The notes: generated by a model from the letters alone, not told the origin. A stretch of DNA of 64,000 nt from an uncultured Pseudomonadaceae bacterium (GCA_963974865.1 CAXBEU010000014.1:1825-65824); one strand, 5' to 3'; shown: positions 45,199 through 54,782, counted from the stretch's first letter. Program-made: numbers and translations.

Positions 45199-45282
45199 TT
45201 TCTTTCCCGTGGGCCTCAGGCGGCTGGTTTCGCCTGAATGGCTTGTTTCGCGGGGTATAGACGGTGTTTCAGGAGGGTAAGA

Positions 45283-47436
45283 ATGAGCCAGACAGCCAAG
45301 GTGCAGCGCCTGCACAACGTGGTAAACGATATTCCGATGCAGCCGGCCTCGCTGGATATCTGGGATACCAAATACCGCCTCAAGACCAAGGACGGTGTAG
45401 CGCTCGACAAGACCGTTGACGAGACCTACCAGCGCATCGCCCGCGCCATTGCCGATGTCGAAGCACCTGAGCTGCGCGAACACTGGTATGAACAGTTTCT
45501 CTGGGCCTTGCGCCATGGTGCCATCCCCGCCGGCCGTATTACCTCCAACGCCGGTGCCCTGGAACACAAGCCTGCTACCTCGACCATCAACTGCACGGTC
45601 AGCGCCACCATTGGCGATTCCATGGACGATATTCTGTCCAAGCTGCATGAAGCGGGTCTGACCCTCAAAGCGGGTTGTGGCATTGGCTATGAGTTCTCCA
45701 CCCTGCGGCCCAAGGGCGCCTATGTCTCCGGCGCTGGCGCTTACACCTCCGGCCCGCTGTCGTTCATGGATATCTACGACAAGATGTGCTTTACCGTGTC
45801 GTCTGCCGGTGGCCGCCGTGGCGCGCAGATGGCGACCTTTGATGTGGGTCACCCCGATGTAATGGACTTTATCCGCGCCAAGCGCGAGGGCGGTCGTCTG
45901 CGCCAGTTCAACCTGTCGCTGCTGATCACCGAAGACTTCATGGCCGCCGTGGCGGCGGATGATGACTGGAAGCTGTCGTTCCCGTTGACCCAGGCAGAAG
46001 TGGACGCGGATCAGCTTGATCTGAACAATGCCGATCAGGTGATCTGGCGTGAACTGCCCGCCACCCAGCGCTACCTGACCCGTGAAGATGGCCGTGTGGC
46101 CTGCCGCGTGTCCAAGGTGATCAAGGCCCGGCGTATCTGGGACATGATCATGACCTCGACTTACGACTTTGCCGAGCCGGGTTTTATCCTGATTGACCGC
46201 GTCAACCAGATGAACAACAACTGGTTCTGTGAAGAAATTCGCGCCACCAACCCCTGCGGCGAACAGCCGTTGCCGCCACACGGCGCCTGTCTGCTGGGTT
46301 CGATCAACCTGACCCTGTTCGTGCGTGATCCGTTCACCGACAAGGCCCGCTTCGACTGGGATGAATACCGCAAGGTGGTGGATATCTTTACCCGCATGCT
46401 CGACAACGTGGTGGAGATCAATGGTCTGCCGCTGGAGCAGCAGCGCAACGAGATCTTCCGCAAGCGCCGTCATGGCATGGGCTTTCTGGGGCTGGGTTCG
46501 ACCATGACCATGCTGTGCATGAAGTATGGCGAAGCCAAGTCGCTGGACTTCACCGAGCAGGTCTCCAAGGAAATGGCCGTTCAGGGCTGGCGCACCGCGC
46601 TGCAACTGGCGGAAGAGAAGGGCGCCGCACCGATCATGGATGAAGACTTCACCGTGACCGAGGCGATGCTGGTCAAGCGTCCGGAAATGCGCAAGGACGG
46701 CATCAAGGCTGGCCAGACCATCAAGGGCAAGGTGCTGTGGGCCAAATACAGCCGCTATATGCAGCAGGTGGCCGGTGAAGATGCCGAACTGGTCAAGGCG
46801 CTGATTGAAAAGGGTGGCCGTTTTACCCACCACAGCTCGATTGCTCCGACCGGCACCATTTCCCTGTCGCTGGCCAACAACGCCTCCAATGGTATTGAGC
46901 CGAGCTTTGCCCATCACTATTTCCGCAACGTGATTCGTGAAGGCAAGAAGTCCAAGGAAAAGGTCGACGTGTTCAGCTTCGAGCTCCTCGCCTACCGTCA
47001 CTTCGTCAACGCCGATGCGCTGCCGAGCATGGAAGCAGCCAGCCGCAACCTGCCGGATTACTTTATTGCCGCCGACGATGTAAAACCCACCGAACACGTG
47101 GACGTGCAGGCTGCTGCGCAGAAGTGGATCGACTCATCCATCTCCAAGACCGCCAACGTGCCGACCGATTATCCCTATGAAGACTTCAAGGATATCTACC
47201 GCTACGCGTTCGAGAAGGGCCTTAAGGGCTGTACTACCTTCCGCTTCAACCCCGAGGCCTTCCAGGGCGTGCTGGTCAAGGAGCAGGATCTGGCCAACAC
47301 CACCTATCGCTTCAAGCTGGAAGATGGCAGCTTTGTCGAGGCCAAGGGTGGTGACGAGATCGAGTATGATGGCGAGATGCACAGCGCTGCTAACCTCTAC
47401 GATGCGCTGAAAGAAGGTTACTACGGCAAATTCTGA
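45283..47436 (+). CDS. nrdJa: Class II (adenosylcobalamin-dependent) ribonucleotide reductase, large part
   Basis: AGRITSNAG, INCTV, RRGAQM, ATNPCGEQPL...CLLGSINL, IAPTGTISL, LKGCTTFR; followed by a separate TSCPD gene. Confidence 0.93.
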   Translation: MSQTAKVQRLHNVVNDIPMQPASLDIWDTKYRLKTKDGVALDKTVDETYQRIARAIADVEAPELREHWYEQFLWALRHGAIPAGRITSNAGALEHKPATSTINCTVSATIGDSMDDILSKLHEAGLTLKAGCGIGYEFSTLRPKGAYVSGAGAYTSGPLSFMDIYDKMCFTVSSAGGRRGAQMATFDVGHPDVMDFIRAKREGGRLRQFNLSLLITEDFMAAVAADDDWKLSFPLTQAEVDADQLDLNNADQVIWRELPATQRYLTREDGRVACRVSKVIKARRIWDMIMTSTYDFAEPGFILIDRVNQMNNNWFCEEIRATNPCGEQPLPPHGACLLGSINLTLFVRDPFTDKARFDWDEYRKVVDIFTRMLDNVVEINGLPLEQQRNEIFRKRRHGMGFLGLGSTMTMLCMKYGEAKSLDFTEQVSKEMAVQGWRTALQLAEEKGAAPIMDEDFTVTEAMLVKRPEMRKDGIKAGQTIKGKVLWAKYSRYMQQVAGEDAELVKALIEKGGRFTHHSSIAPTGTISLSLANNASNGIEPSFAHHYFRNVIREGKKSKEKVDVFSFELLAYRHFVNADALPSMEAASRNLPDYFIAADDVKPTEHVDVQAAAQKWIDSSISKTANVPTDYPYEDFKDIYRYAFEKGLKGCTTFRFNPEAFQGVLVKEQDLANTTYRFKLEDGSFVEAKGGDEIEYDGEMHSAANLYDALKEGYYGKF

Positions 47437-47513
47437 GTCGGCTGTGTTCGCAACCGCCGCCCGATAACATGAACAGCAATAAGCCCCGCCGCGCGGGGTG
47501 AGGAAACAGCACC

Positions 47514-48215
47514 ATGGCACTGAAAATCAGTAGCAAGATTGTCGACTATGCAGTCGTCAAGGCCGATGAGCCGGCCCAGGTTCAAGAGGCCGTCGAGGCC
47601 GCCGTACAGCTTGAAGAAATGCACGAAAAGCTCAAGCGTCCCGAGTTTCTCGAAGGTTCTACCTACAAGATCAAGACGCCCACATCCGAGCATGCGATCT
47701 ACGTCACCATCAATGACGTGATTCTCAATCACGGCAGCGATCACGAGATCCGCCGCCCGTTCGAGATATTCATCAACTCCAAGAACATGGAGCATTACCA
47801 GTGGATTTCAGCCCTGACGCTGATTATCTCTGCGGTGTTTCGCAAGGGTGGTGATTGCACTTTCCTGGTCGAAGAGTTGCGTAGCGTGTTCGACCCCAAG
47901 GGCGGTTACATGAAACGCGGTGGCCGCTGGATGCCGTCACTGGTAGCCGAGATTGGCGACGTGCTGGAGCAGCACCTCAAGCGTATCGGCATGCTGGTCG
48001 ATGAGATGGACGAGCATCAGCGCGCCTACCTTGAACAGAAGCGTGCCGAGTTCGAGGCCATCAAGCCCCAGGGCCAGGTAGCCGCTGACTGTGATGACAG
48101 CACGGCATCCTATCCGCCGGGCGCACAAATGTGCGGCAAGTGCCACACCCAGGCTGCAGTGCAGATGGATGGCTGCATGACCTGTCTTAACTGCGGCGAT
48201 AGCAAGTGCGGCTAA
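47514..48215 (+). CDS. nrdJb: Class II RNR small part NrdJb (TSCPD domain)
   Basis: AIYVTIND...PFEIFINSK...ISAVFRKGGD and C-terminal CGKC...GCMTCLNCGDSKCG. Confidence 0.9.
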   Translation: MALKISSKIVDYAVVKADEPAQVQEAVEAAVQLEEMHEKLKRPEFLEGSTYKIKTPTSEHAIYVTINDVILNHGSDHEIRRPFEIFINSKNMEHYQWISALTLIISAVFRKGGDCTFLVEELRSVFDPKGGYMKRGGRWMPSLVAEIGDVLEQHLKRIGMLVDEMDEHQRAYLEQKRAEFEAIKPQGQVAADCDDSTASYPPGAQMCGKCHTQAAVQMDGCMTCLNCGDSKCG

Positions 48216-48238
48216 GTTGCTGATTGCCTGAGTATTTG

Positions 48239-48261
48239 AAAAGCCCCGAAAGGGGCTTTTT
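48239..48261. terminator. Bidirectional terminator nrdJb/TetR
   Basis: aaaagcccc-gaaa-ggggcttttt. Confidence 0.88.
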
Positions 48262-48281
48262 AATGCTTGGGATTCGAGCGG

Positions 48282-48893
48282 TCAGTCGGTCAGCAGAGTG
48301 GCGCCCAGTTTCAGGGCGGTCTCGGTCACCTGATCAATGGGCGTGCGGAAATTGCCGGCCATCCAGTGCAGTGCAATATGGATAACCCCTCCGAGGATAC
48401 CAGCCTGCAGCAACTCATTTGGTGCGCGCCCTGACTGCAGCAGGGTCCGGGTGATGTCCTCGCTGCTGGCACGCAGCGCGTCATCAATAGCGCGATCAAC
48501 CTCTGGCCCGATGCCGCGGATATCGATCAGTAATAGCCGTGCCAGATTGGGGTTATCGCGCAAGGTGGTAAAAAACGATGTCAGCATGGCGCGGCTGCGC
48601 TCCAGCGGATCCGGACCGGCCTGCTCTGCAGCGGCGCTGTTGAGTTCACGCACATGCCTCGCGGCCTGTTCATAGCAGGCGATGAGCAGCTCATCACTGT
48701 GGCGGAAGGATTCATAAAAATAGCGCTGAGTCAGCCCTGCAGCGTCGCACACCTGCTTGACGCCCGAATGCCGGTAGCCGCAACAACCGTATACCTGGGT
48801 CGCGGCATCAATCAGTAACTGGCGCCGCTCGGCCTTGCGGTCTTCTACTGCGGTGCCGCGGTACCTGCGTTTGTCACTGGTGGTTGTATTCAT
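48282..48893 (-). CDS. TetR family regulator, divergent from monooxygenase cluster
   Basis: Likely start MNTTTSDKRRYRG at 48893; HTH GVKQVCDAAGLTQRYFYESF. Confidence 0.9.
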   Translation of the reverse strand: MNTTTSDKRRYRGTAVEDRKAERRQLLIDAATQVYGCCGYRHSGVKQVCDAAGLTQRYFYESFRHSDELLIACYEQAARHVRELNSAAAEQAGPDPLERSRAMLTSFFTTLRDNPNLARLLLIDIRGIGPEVDRAIDDALRASSEDITRTLLQSGRAPNELLQAGILGGVIHIALHWMAGNFRTPIDQVTETALKLGATLLTD

Positions 48894-48904
48894 GTTCTGA
48901 ATTC

Positions 48905-48949
48905 TGACAATTATGATTGCCAAAGTTTAAATGACAATTTAGATTGTCA
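48905..48949. promoter_or_regulatory. Tandem palindromic operators
   Basis: TGACAAT-tatg-ATTGcCA (48905-48922) and perfect TGACAAT-ttag-ATTGTCA (48932-48949). Confidence 0.75.
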
Positions 48950-48976
48950 CCACTACCCCTTTACGGCATGGCAATC

Positions 48977-50452
48977 ATGAGCAGAGCACAAGAACAATTC
49001 AAACCCACGCCTCTGGATGTGTTGATCATCGGTGCCGGGTTATCCGGTATTGGTGCGGCGCGTGCGCTGACGGACCAATGTCCTGACAAGCGTTACCTGA
49101 TTCTTGAACGGCGCAACGCCATTGGCGGTACCTGGGATCTGTTCCGCTACCCAGGCATCCGCTCCGACTCGGACATGTATACCCTGAGTTACAGCTACAA
49201 GCCCTGGACGCACAGAAAGGCAATTGCCGACGGCCCGGATATCAAGCAATACATCGAAGATATCGCTGAAGAGTCAGGCATTGGCCATAACATCCGCTTC
49301 CAGCGCAAAGTGACTCAGGCCAGTTGGTCCAGCGCTGATGCGCTGTGGACAGTCACCGCACTGGCCACCGATGCACAGGGTATCGAGCACGAGGAGCAAT
49401 TCCAGGCTCGGCTGCTATCGGTGTGCGCCGGTTATTACAGTTATGACGAAGGCTACCGGCCGGACTTTCCCAACGAACAGGCGTTTACCGGGCAGATGAT
49501 TCACCCGCAATTCTGGCCGGCGGAGCTGGATTATGCCGGCAAGCGTGTTGTCGTGATTGGCAGTGGCGCGACCGCCGTTACGCTGGTGCCGGCCATGGCG
49601 AAAACCGCAGCGCATGTCACCATGCTGCAGCGCTCGCCGAGTTACGTGGTGTCCAGGCCCCTGGAAGATGGCATTGCGCAGGGTTTGCAGAAATGGCTAC
49701 CCATGCCCTTGGCCCATCGCATGACGCGCTGGAAGAACGTGCTGCTGGGATCCTATTTCTACAAGCTGGCGCGCGGGAAGCCCGAGTTTTTTTCCCAGCG
49801 CCTGCTTCATATGGTCAAGACGCAAATTGGGCCAGATGTGGACATGCGGCATTTTACGCCTGCATACAAACCCTGGGATCAGCGGGTCTGCGCGGTACCC
49901 GACGGTGATCTTTTCCACGATGTGCGTGCGGGCCGTGCGTCCGTGGTGACCGATACCATCGACACCTTTACCGACAAGGGTATTCGCCTGACCAGTGGCG
50001 AGGAGATCGAGGCGGACATCATCGTTACGGCCACCGGGCTCAAACTCAATGCTCTGGGCGATGTCAGCATCAGCGTTGATGGCGAGCCAGTGACCTTTGG
50101 CGAGCGCATGGCCTACAAGGGCATGATGCTCAGTGATATTCCCAATCTGATCATGACCTTCGGCTACACCAATGCCTCCTGGACACTGAAGGCCGAGCTG
50201 ACCTCCAGCTACACCTGCCGGCTGCTGCGTTACATGGACAGCAAGGGTTACCGCATTGCCGTGCCGCGCCGCGATCCTTCGGTCAATGTAGAGCCTTTTC
50301 TGAACTTTACCTCCGGTTATGTTCAGCGTGCCGAGGGCATGCTGCCTCGCCAGGGCGATCGCAAACCCTGGCAGGTGCACCAGAATTACTTGCAGGACAA
50401 ATTGACCATCCAGTACGGCCGTGTCGACGACGGCGTCATGCAGTTTCAATAA
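48977..50452 (+). CDS. Flavin monooxygenase, EthA/AlmA-type Baeyer-Villiger family
   Basis: GAGLSG, GGTWDLFRYPGIRSDSDM, fingerprint FTGQMIHPQFWP, GSGATA, LQRSPSY, TATG. Start could be 48968. Confidence 0.92.
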   Translation: MSRAQEQFKPTPLDVLIIGAGLSGIGAARALTDQCPDKRYLILERRNAIGGTWDLFRYPGIRSDSDMYTLSYSYKPWTHRKAIADGPDIKQYIEDIAEESGIGHNIRFQRKVTQASWSSADALWTVTALATDAQGIEHEEQFQARLLSVCAGYYSYDEGYRPDFPNEQAFTGQMIHPQFWPAELDYAGKRVVVIGSGATAVTLVPAMAKTAAHVTMLQRSPSYVVSRPLEDGIAQGLQKWLPMPLAHRMTRWKNVLLGSYFYKLARGKPEFFSQRLLHMVKTQIGPDVDMRHFTPAYKPWDQRVCAVPDGDLFHDVRAGRASVVTDTIDTFTDKGIRLTSGEEIEADIIVTATGLKLNALGDVSISVDGEPVTFGERMAYKGMMLSDIPNLIMTFGYTNASWTLKAELTSSYTCRLLRYMDSKGYRIAVPRRDPSVNVEPFLNFTSGYVQRAEGMLPRQGDRKPWQVHQNYLQDKLTIQYGRVDDGVMQFQ

Positions 50453-50467
50453 CAAGGACAACAGAAC

Positions 50468-51283
50468 ATGCAGATCAACGACTGTGTTGCAGTACTGACT
50501 GGCGCCGGGAGCGGCATTGGCCGGGCGTTGGCCCTGGCGCTGGCCGAGCGCAATTGCCATCTGGCATTGGCTGATCTGAATGCGGTAGCGCTGGCGGAAA
50601 CTGCCGCGCTGGCACGCGCCAAGGGCGTACGCGTGAGTGAGCACCCGCTGGATGTAGCCAATCGCGCTGCCGTTGCTGCGCTGCCCAAGGCGGTGATCGC
50701 CGAGCATGGCCAGGTGGACCTGTTGATCAACAATGCTGGCGTTGCGCTGGGTGGCAACTTTGATCAGGTCTCGGTGGAAAACTTCGATTGGCTGATGTCG
50801 ATCAACTTTGACGCCGTGGTGTGCCTGTGCCGCGCCTTTCTGCCACTGCTGCAGCAGCGCCCGGCGGCGCGCATCGTCAATCTGTCCAGCCTGTTCGGGC
50901 TGGTGACGCCGAGTGGCCAGACTGCGTACTGCGCCAGCAAGTTTGCCGTGCGTGGCTTTTCCAACGCATTGCGTCTGGAGCTGCAGGGCACGCCCGTGGG
51001 CGTGACGGTAGTGCACCCCGGCGGCGTGGCCACGGCGATTGCCACCAGTGCTCGCGCACCGGAAGGGGCCAGTGAGGCGCAGATGCAGGAAAAACTTGCG
51101 CGCGCCCAGCGCCTGTTGCGCATGCCGCCTTCCAGAGCGGCGGAGATCATCCTGCGGGGTGTGGAGCGGGACAAGGCACGGGTGCTGGTGGGTAATGATG
51201 CACGCATTCTGTCCTGGCTCGAGCGTCTGATGCCAGTCAACTACTGGCGCTTGCTGCCGGGCATCGCTGGCCGTAACAACTGA
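50468..51283 (+). CDS. Short-chain dehydrogenase/reductase
   Basis: TGAGSGIG, NNAG, YCASK. Confidence 0.93.
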   Translation: MQINDCVAVLTGAGSGIGRALALALAERNCHLALADLNAVALAETAALARAKGVRVSEHPLDVANRAAVAALPKAVIAEHGQVDLLINNAGVALGGNFDQVSVENFDWLMSINFDAVVCLCRAFLPLLQQRPAARIVNLSSLFGLVTPSGQTAYCASKFAVRGFSNALRLELQGTPVGVTVVHPGGVATAIATSARAPEGASEAQMQEKLARAQRLLRMPPSRAAEIILRGVERDKARVLVGNDARILSWLERLMPVNYWRLLPGIAGRNN

Positions 51284-51311
51284 TACCGGGCTCCGGAACA
51301 AGGATTTTATC

Positions 51312-52262
51312 GTGGGTTATCTGTTCAGTATTATCGGTATTCTCCTGCTGCTTATCGTTGCAGGGCTTTTTCTGTATACGCTGTTTATCAGCAAACGTGT
51401 TGAACTGGGCATGCCGCCTGAGGGCGCTTTTCTGCAGGTTCAGGGCACGCGCGTGCATTATCTGGAGCAGGGCAGAGGCCCGACCATTCTGATGATCCAC
51501 GGCCTTAGCGGCGTAGCGCAAAATTTCGGCTACAGCGTGATGGGGCAACTGGCCAAGCACTACCATGTGGTGGCTATTGATCGGCCGGGTAGCGGCTATT
51601 CGGTGCGTCATCCGCGTTCTTCTGCCTCGCTGGCGGTCCAGGCCGACGTCGTGGCTGGCGTGATTGATGCGCTCAAGCTGGATCGCCCTCTGGTGGTTGG
51701 CCATTCTTTGGGCGGTGCAGTGGCGTTGGCCACCGCACTGCGCCACCCGCAGAAGGTACGGGGATTGGCGCTGGTCGCACCCTTGACGCATATGCCGCGT
51801 ACTACGCCCGCCGCCTTTGCGGCCTTGACTATCCGCTGGCGCTGGTTGCGCACGCTGGTCGGCTGGACATTGGCTGTGCCACTGTCGATTCGCCAGCGCG
51901 ACAAGGTACTGGATATCGTCTTCGGCCCGGAGCAGCCGCCGGCAGACTTCGGGCTGCGTGGCGGGGGCTTTCTTGGCCTGCGACCAAGCCACTTTGTCGG
52001 CGCTTCATCCGATCTCACTGCGTTGCCTGATGTGTTGCCACAGTTGCAACGCCAGTATCCCACTCTGAATCTGCCTCTGGCCGTGCTTTACGGCCGCGAT
52101 GATCGCATTCTGAATCCGCAGGAGCAGGGGCAGGCACTGGTGGACCTGGTACCTGGGGCCGAGCTCGAACTGGTTGATGGCGGGCATATGTTGCCCATCA
52201 CTCAGCCGGACATAACCGCAGAGTTTATCCACCGCATGATGCAGCGCAGTTCGGCCAACTGA
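51312..52262 (+). CDS. Alpha/beta hydrolase (esterase/lactonase) with N-terminal membrane anchor
   Basis: Hydrophobic N-terminus, HGLSG oxyanion loop, GHSLG nucleophile, YGRDDRIL, GGHML. Confidence 0.9.
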   Translation: MGYLFSIIGILLLLIVAGLFLYTLFISKRVELGMPPEGAFLQVQGTRVHYLEQGRGPTILMIHGLSGVAQNFGYSVMGQLAKHYHVVAIDRPGSGYSVRHPRSSASLAVQADVVAGVIDALKLDRPLVVGHSLGGAVALATALRHPQKVRGLALVAPLTHMPRTTPAAFAALTIRWRWLRTLVGWTLAVPLSIRQRDKVLDIVFGPEQPPADFGLRGGGFLGLRPSHFVGASSDLTALPDVLPQLQRQYPTLNLPLAVLYGRDDRILNPQEQGQALVDLVPGAELELVDGGHMLPITQPDITAEFIHRMMQRSSAN

Positions 52263-52555
52263 TTGCCGTTCAAGCGCTCTTGTTGATACTTCCGGCCAAA
52301 TGCGGGCTGTCCCCCAGCCCCGCATTCACATACTCAGCGAGCTGTTTGTTTCAGGTTTGATACATTTAAACCGGCTTTTGCCGGCAAAATCCGTGTGTGT
52401 GTCACTCTTGTAACAGTGCCCGTGCAATCCGGGCCCCACGGTTGAGCGTTCGCCCTGGTTGACACGGCCCAATCTGTTCCCTGCCTGAAACACTGAGCCC
52501 CAGCGCTCGTCGAGTGGAAAACCCAATACCTTGTTCTGTCTGCCTTTTTTCATCA

Positions 52556-52571
52556 TGGCATGGAGGCTGCA
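52556..52571 (+). promoter_or_regulatory. sigma54 (-24/-12) promoter of fap operon
   Basis: TGGCATGGAGGCTGCA: GG-N10-GC, 76 nt upstream of the fapA ATG. Confidence 0.7.
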
Positions 52572-52646
52572 CTAGGAAGTTATGCCGGTACTTGACTCAC
52601 TCAAGGCTGGTTAATTTCCAGATTGCACAACAAGGATAGAAAGCAA

Positions 52647-53135
52647 ATGAACCGGGAGCATCATTACTGCGTCATGACAGCTTTGGCCAGCCTGGCTCTG
52701 GTTACCAGCGCCATGGCGATCAGCGTCATCCCGAGCAGCCCGGTCTTTGCTGCAGGCGGCGATGTGATCTTGACCCGTCAGGTACAAACCCGCGTCGCCA
52801 CAAGACCGCCTCTGGTACCCGACCCCAATCCCCTTGTCGTCAACACCAAACCCAGTACCTATGTCGGTGACGATCTGCAGATGCGCAATGTGCCTGGCGA
52901 ACTGGATGACCAGGATTTTGCGGCAGTGACCAGCGGTGCTCGGATGATTCAGCAAACGCTTGCACCTCTGGTGCAGGGCAACCCCGCAGGGGCTGCGAGT
53001 GGGGTGAATCACTCTGCGATTGCTGGCAGTAACCCGGTGGGTCACGCAGGCAACGCGCTAGGCAATATCGACGGACAGATAAACCGCAGCATCGAACAAG
53101 GCCTGCGGCCATTACAGATGCTTCAGAGGCCATGA
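52647..53135 (+). CDS. fapA: Functional amyloid accessory protein FapA
   Basis: Signal peptide then GDVILTRQVQTRVATRPPLVPDPNP; first gene of a six-gene fap-type operon. Confidence 0.75.
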   Translation: MNREHHYCVMTALASLALVTSAMAISVIPSSPVFAAGGDVILTRQVQTRVATRPPLVPDPNPLVVNTKPSTYVGDDLQMRNVPGELDDQDFAAVTSGARMIQQTLAPLVQGNPAGAASGVNHSAIAGSNPVGHAGNALGNIDGQINRSIEQGLRPLQMLQRP

Positions 53136-53136
53136 C

Positions 53137-53724
53137 ATGAACGCTGCAAATCTGGTGGTAGGGGTTTCCGTCCTGTTGCTGCTCGGTTCAGCAGCTGCCT
53201 TGGGTGAATTGGCCGTGAGTGCGGATATCGACGCCAGCGGCCAGGGCTACAGCGGTGTTGTGATGGTCAATCAGGCAGCCGGCACCGGCCAGCAACAGGC
53301 CAACGCCCGAGCACTGGCGGCGGGAGATCACGCTGGGGCACAGATCAACGTCGAGCAGGCGCAGGATCTGCTCAGCCCTGATCAGCGCGCGCTGAACGCC
53401 AGTGCTCACATAGGCGGTGCATCTTTTAGCCAAGGCGCCGGTGTGCTGGGCGTCAACCAAGGTGCCGGTATCGGCAATCAGCAGATCAATGCTTTCCGCA
53501 TCCAGCTTGGCGCGGTGCCGGAAAGCCTGGATGACAGCGGGCTGGCACAAAGTGCCGCGCTGTCATCAATAAACTCGGGAGCAGTGGTGCCTCAGAGCGG
53601 CCAGAGGCTGATCAGTATTGACGATCAGGCCTTTGCCGACAGTCGTGGAGTGGTGCAGCTGAACCAGAGTGCCGGGGCAGGGAACCGTATGGTCAATAGC
53701 CTCGGCATCAGGATCATGGATTGA
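53137..53724 (+). CDS. fapB: Minor amyloid subunit/nucleator FapB
   Basis: Three imperfect repeats: GVVMVNQAAGTGQQQAN, GVLGVNQGAGIGNQQIN, GVVQLNQSAGAGNRMVN. Confidence 0.88.
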   Translation: MNAANLVVGVSVLLLLGSAAALGELAVSADIDASGQGYSGVVMVNQAAGTGQQQANARALAAGDHAGAQINVEQAQDLLSPDQRALNASAHIGGASFSQGAGVLGVNQGAGIGNQQINAFRIQLGAVPESLDDSGLAQSAALSSINSGAVVPQSGQRLISIDDQAFADSRGVVQLNQSAGAGNRMVNSLGIRIMD

Positions 53725-53777
53725 TCCAGTACTGCCTGCCTAATCGCATGGATATATCAATCTAAAGGAGAATCACC

Positions 53778-54782
53778 ATGAAAAATCAGAAACTGCTAAC
53801 ACCGCTGGCCATGGCCGTGGCTGCCTTGTTGTCTGTCGGTGCTCACGCCGCGGGCTACTCAGGCGCTTCCGCTGACATCACAGACTCACAGGAGAACAAG
53901 TACAACGACGTTGATAACAAGGGTACCAACAATACCGCCGCCGTTTCAGGATCCCTGGGTGGCGCTTCCGGTAACGTGGGCGTCAACGTGGCCGCGGGTG
54001 AAAACAACCAGCAAGCCAACGCCGCGGCCATTGCCACGTCTGACGCGCTCTTTGTGTTCGGCCTGCCCATTGCTGCTGCCGCCCAGGCCAGCATCGATGT
54101 AGAGCAGAAGAACTACAAGAACGATGTGACCAATTACAGCGTGCCCAACGCGGCCACCTTGAGCAATTCGGCCGGCGGTGCATCGGGTAATCTGGGCATC
54201 AATATCGCCGCAGGCACCAGCAACCAGCAGAAAAACGATATGGCGATTGCCTCATCGCAGACTGCCTACACAGCCGGTGCCAACGTGAACGTTGCCCAGC
54301 ACTCCTCTGGTAACGAAACCAGCAACCAGGCCACTCTGGAATACTCCAGCCAGCAGGTCACTTTGGAGCTGGGCGCTGTCGGTGGTTACAAAGGCGTGTC
54401 TGACCAGATTGGCGATGTCTATCCGGATATCTGGACTGGCAGTTCCCATCCGAACGGCAACCAGACCGGTCACTTCGATCTGGATTCCGATACTCAAGGT
54501 GGCACTGACCTGAACGGCGATGGCGGCGCGCTGGCATTCAAGGAAGCAGGCGTAATCGCCCTTGGTGGGGTCGTCAGCGGCTACTTGCCAGTGGTGTCGG
54601 GCTTCAATCAGGCTGTCACCAACACTGCGCGGGTGACCAATTCACTCGGCGGCGTTTCCGGCAACGTGGGTGTCAACATTGCAGCGGGTAGTGGCAACCA
54701 GCAGAGCAATTCGCTGGCGATTGCTGCCGGGTGTAATGCTTGCGTTCCTGCAGGCGGCGGCAATGGTGGTGGTGAGCTGTAA
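53778..54782 (+). CDS. fapC: Major functional amyloid subunit FapC
   Basis: Signal peptide, three repeats N-x-A-x3-S-x2-G-x-SGN-x-G-x-N-x-AAG-x2-NQQ-x-N-x2-AIA, C-terminal CNAC. Confidence 0.93.
   Translation: MKNQKLLTPLAMAVAALLSVGAHAAGYSGASADITDSQENKYNDVDNKGTNNTAAVSGSLGGASGNVGVNVAAGENNQQANAAAIATSDALFVFGLPIAAAAQASIDVEQKNYKNDVTNYSVPNAATLSNSAGGASGNLGINIAAGTSNQQKNDMAIASSQTAYTAGANVNVAQHSSGNETSNQATLEYSSQQVTLELGAVGGYKGVSDQIGDVYPDIWTGSSHPNGNQTGHFDLDSDTQGGTDLNGDGGALAFKEAGVIALGGVVSGYLPVVSGFNQAVTNTARVTNSLGGVSGNVGVNIAAGSGNQQSNSLAIAAGCNACVPAGGGNGGGEL

Noticed and set aside
45035-45282. Cobalamin riboswitch upstream of B12-dependent nrdJ
   Set aside because: Several small hairpins are present, but none of the conserved B12-box elements ([26 protein letters not shown]) in order.
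45166-47097. 643-aa minus-strand ORF
   Set aside because: Antisense shadow of nrdJa caused by GC3 codon bias; no recognisable motifs.
49697-51301. 534-aa minus-strand ORF with SDR-like-looking text
   Set aside because: Exact antisense of the FMO/SDR genes, a known artefact opposite SDRs.
52263-52646. c-di-GMP riboswitch upstream of fapA
   Set aside because: No GGCAAA/GNRA tetraloop-receptor architecture was seen.
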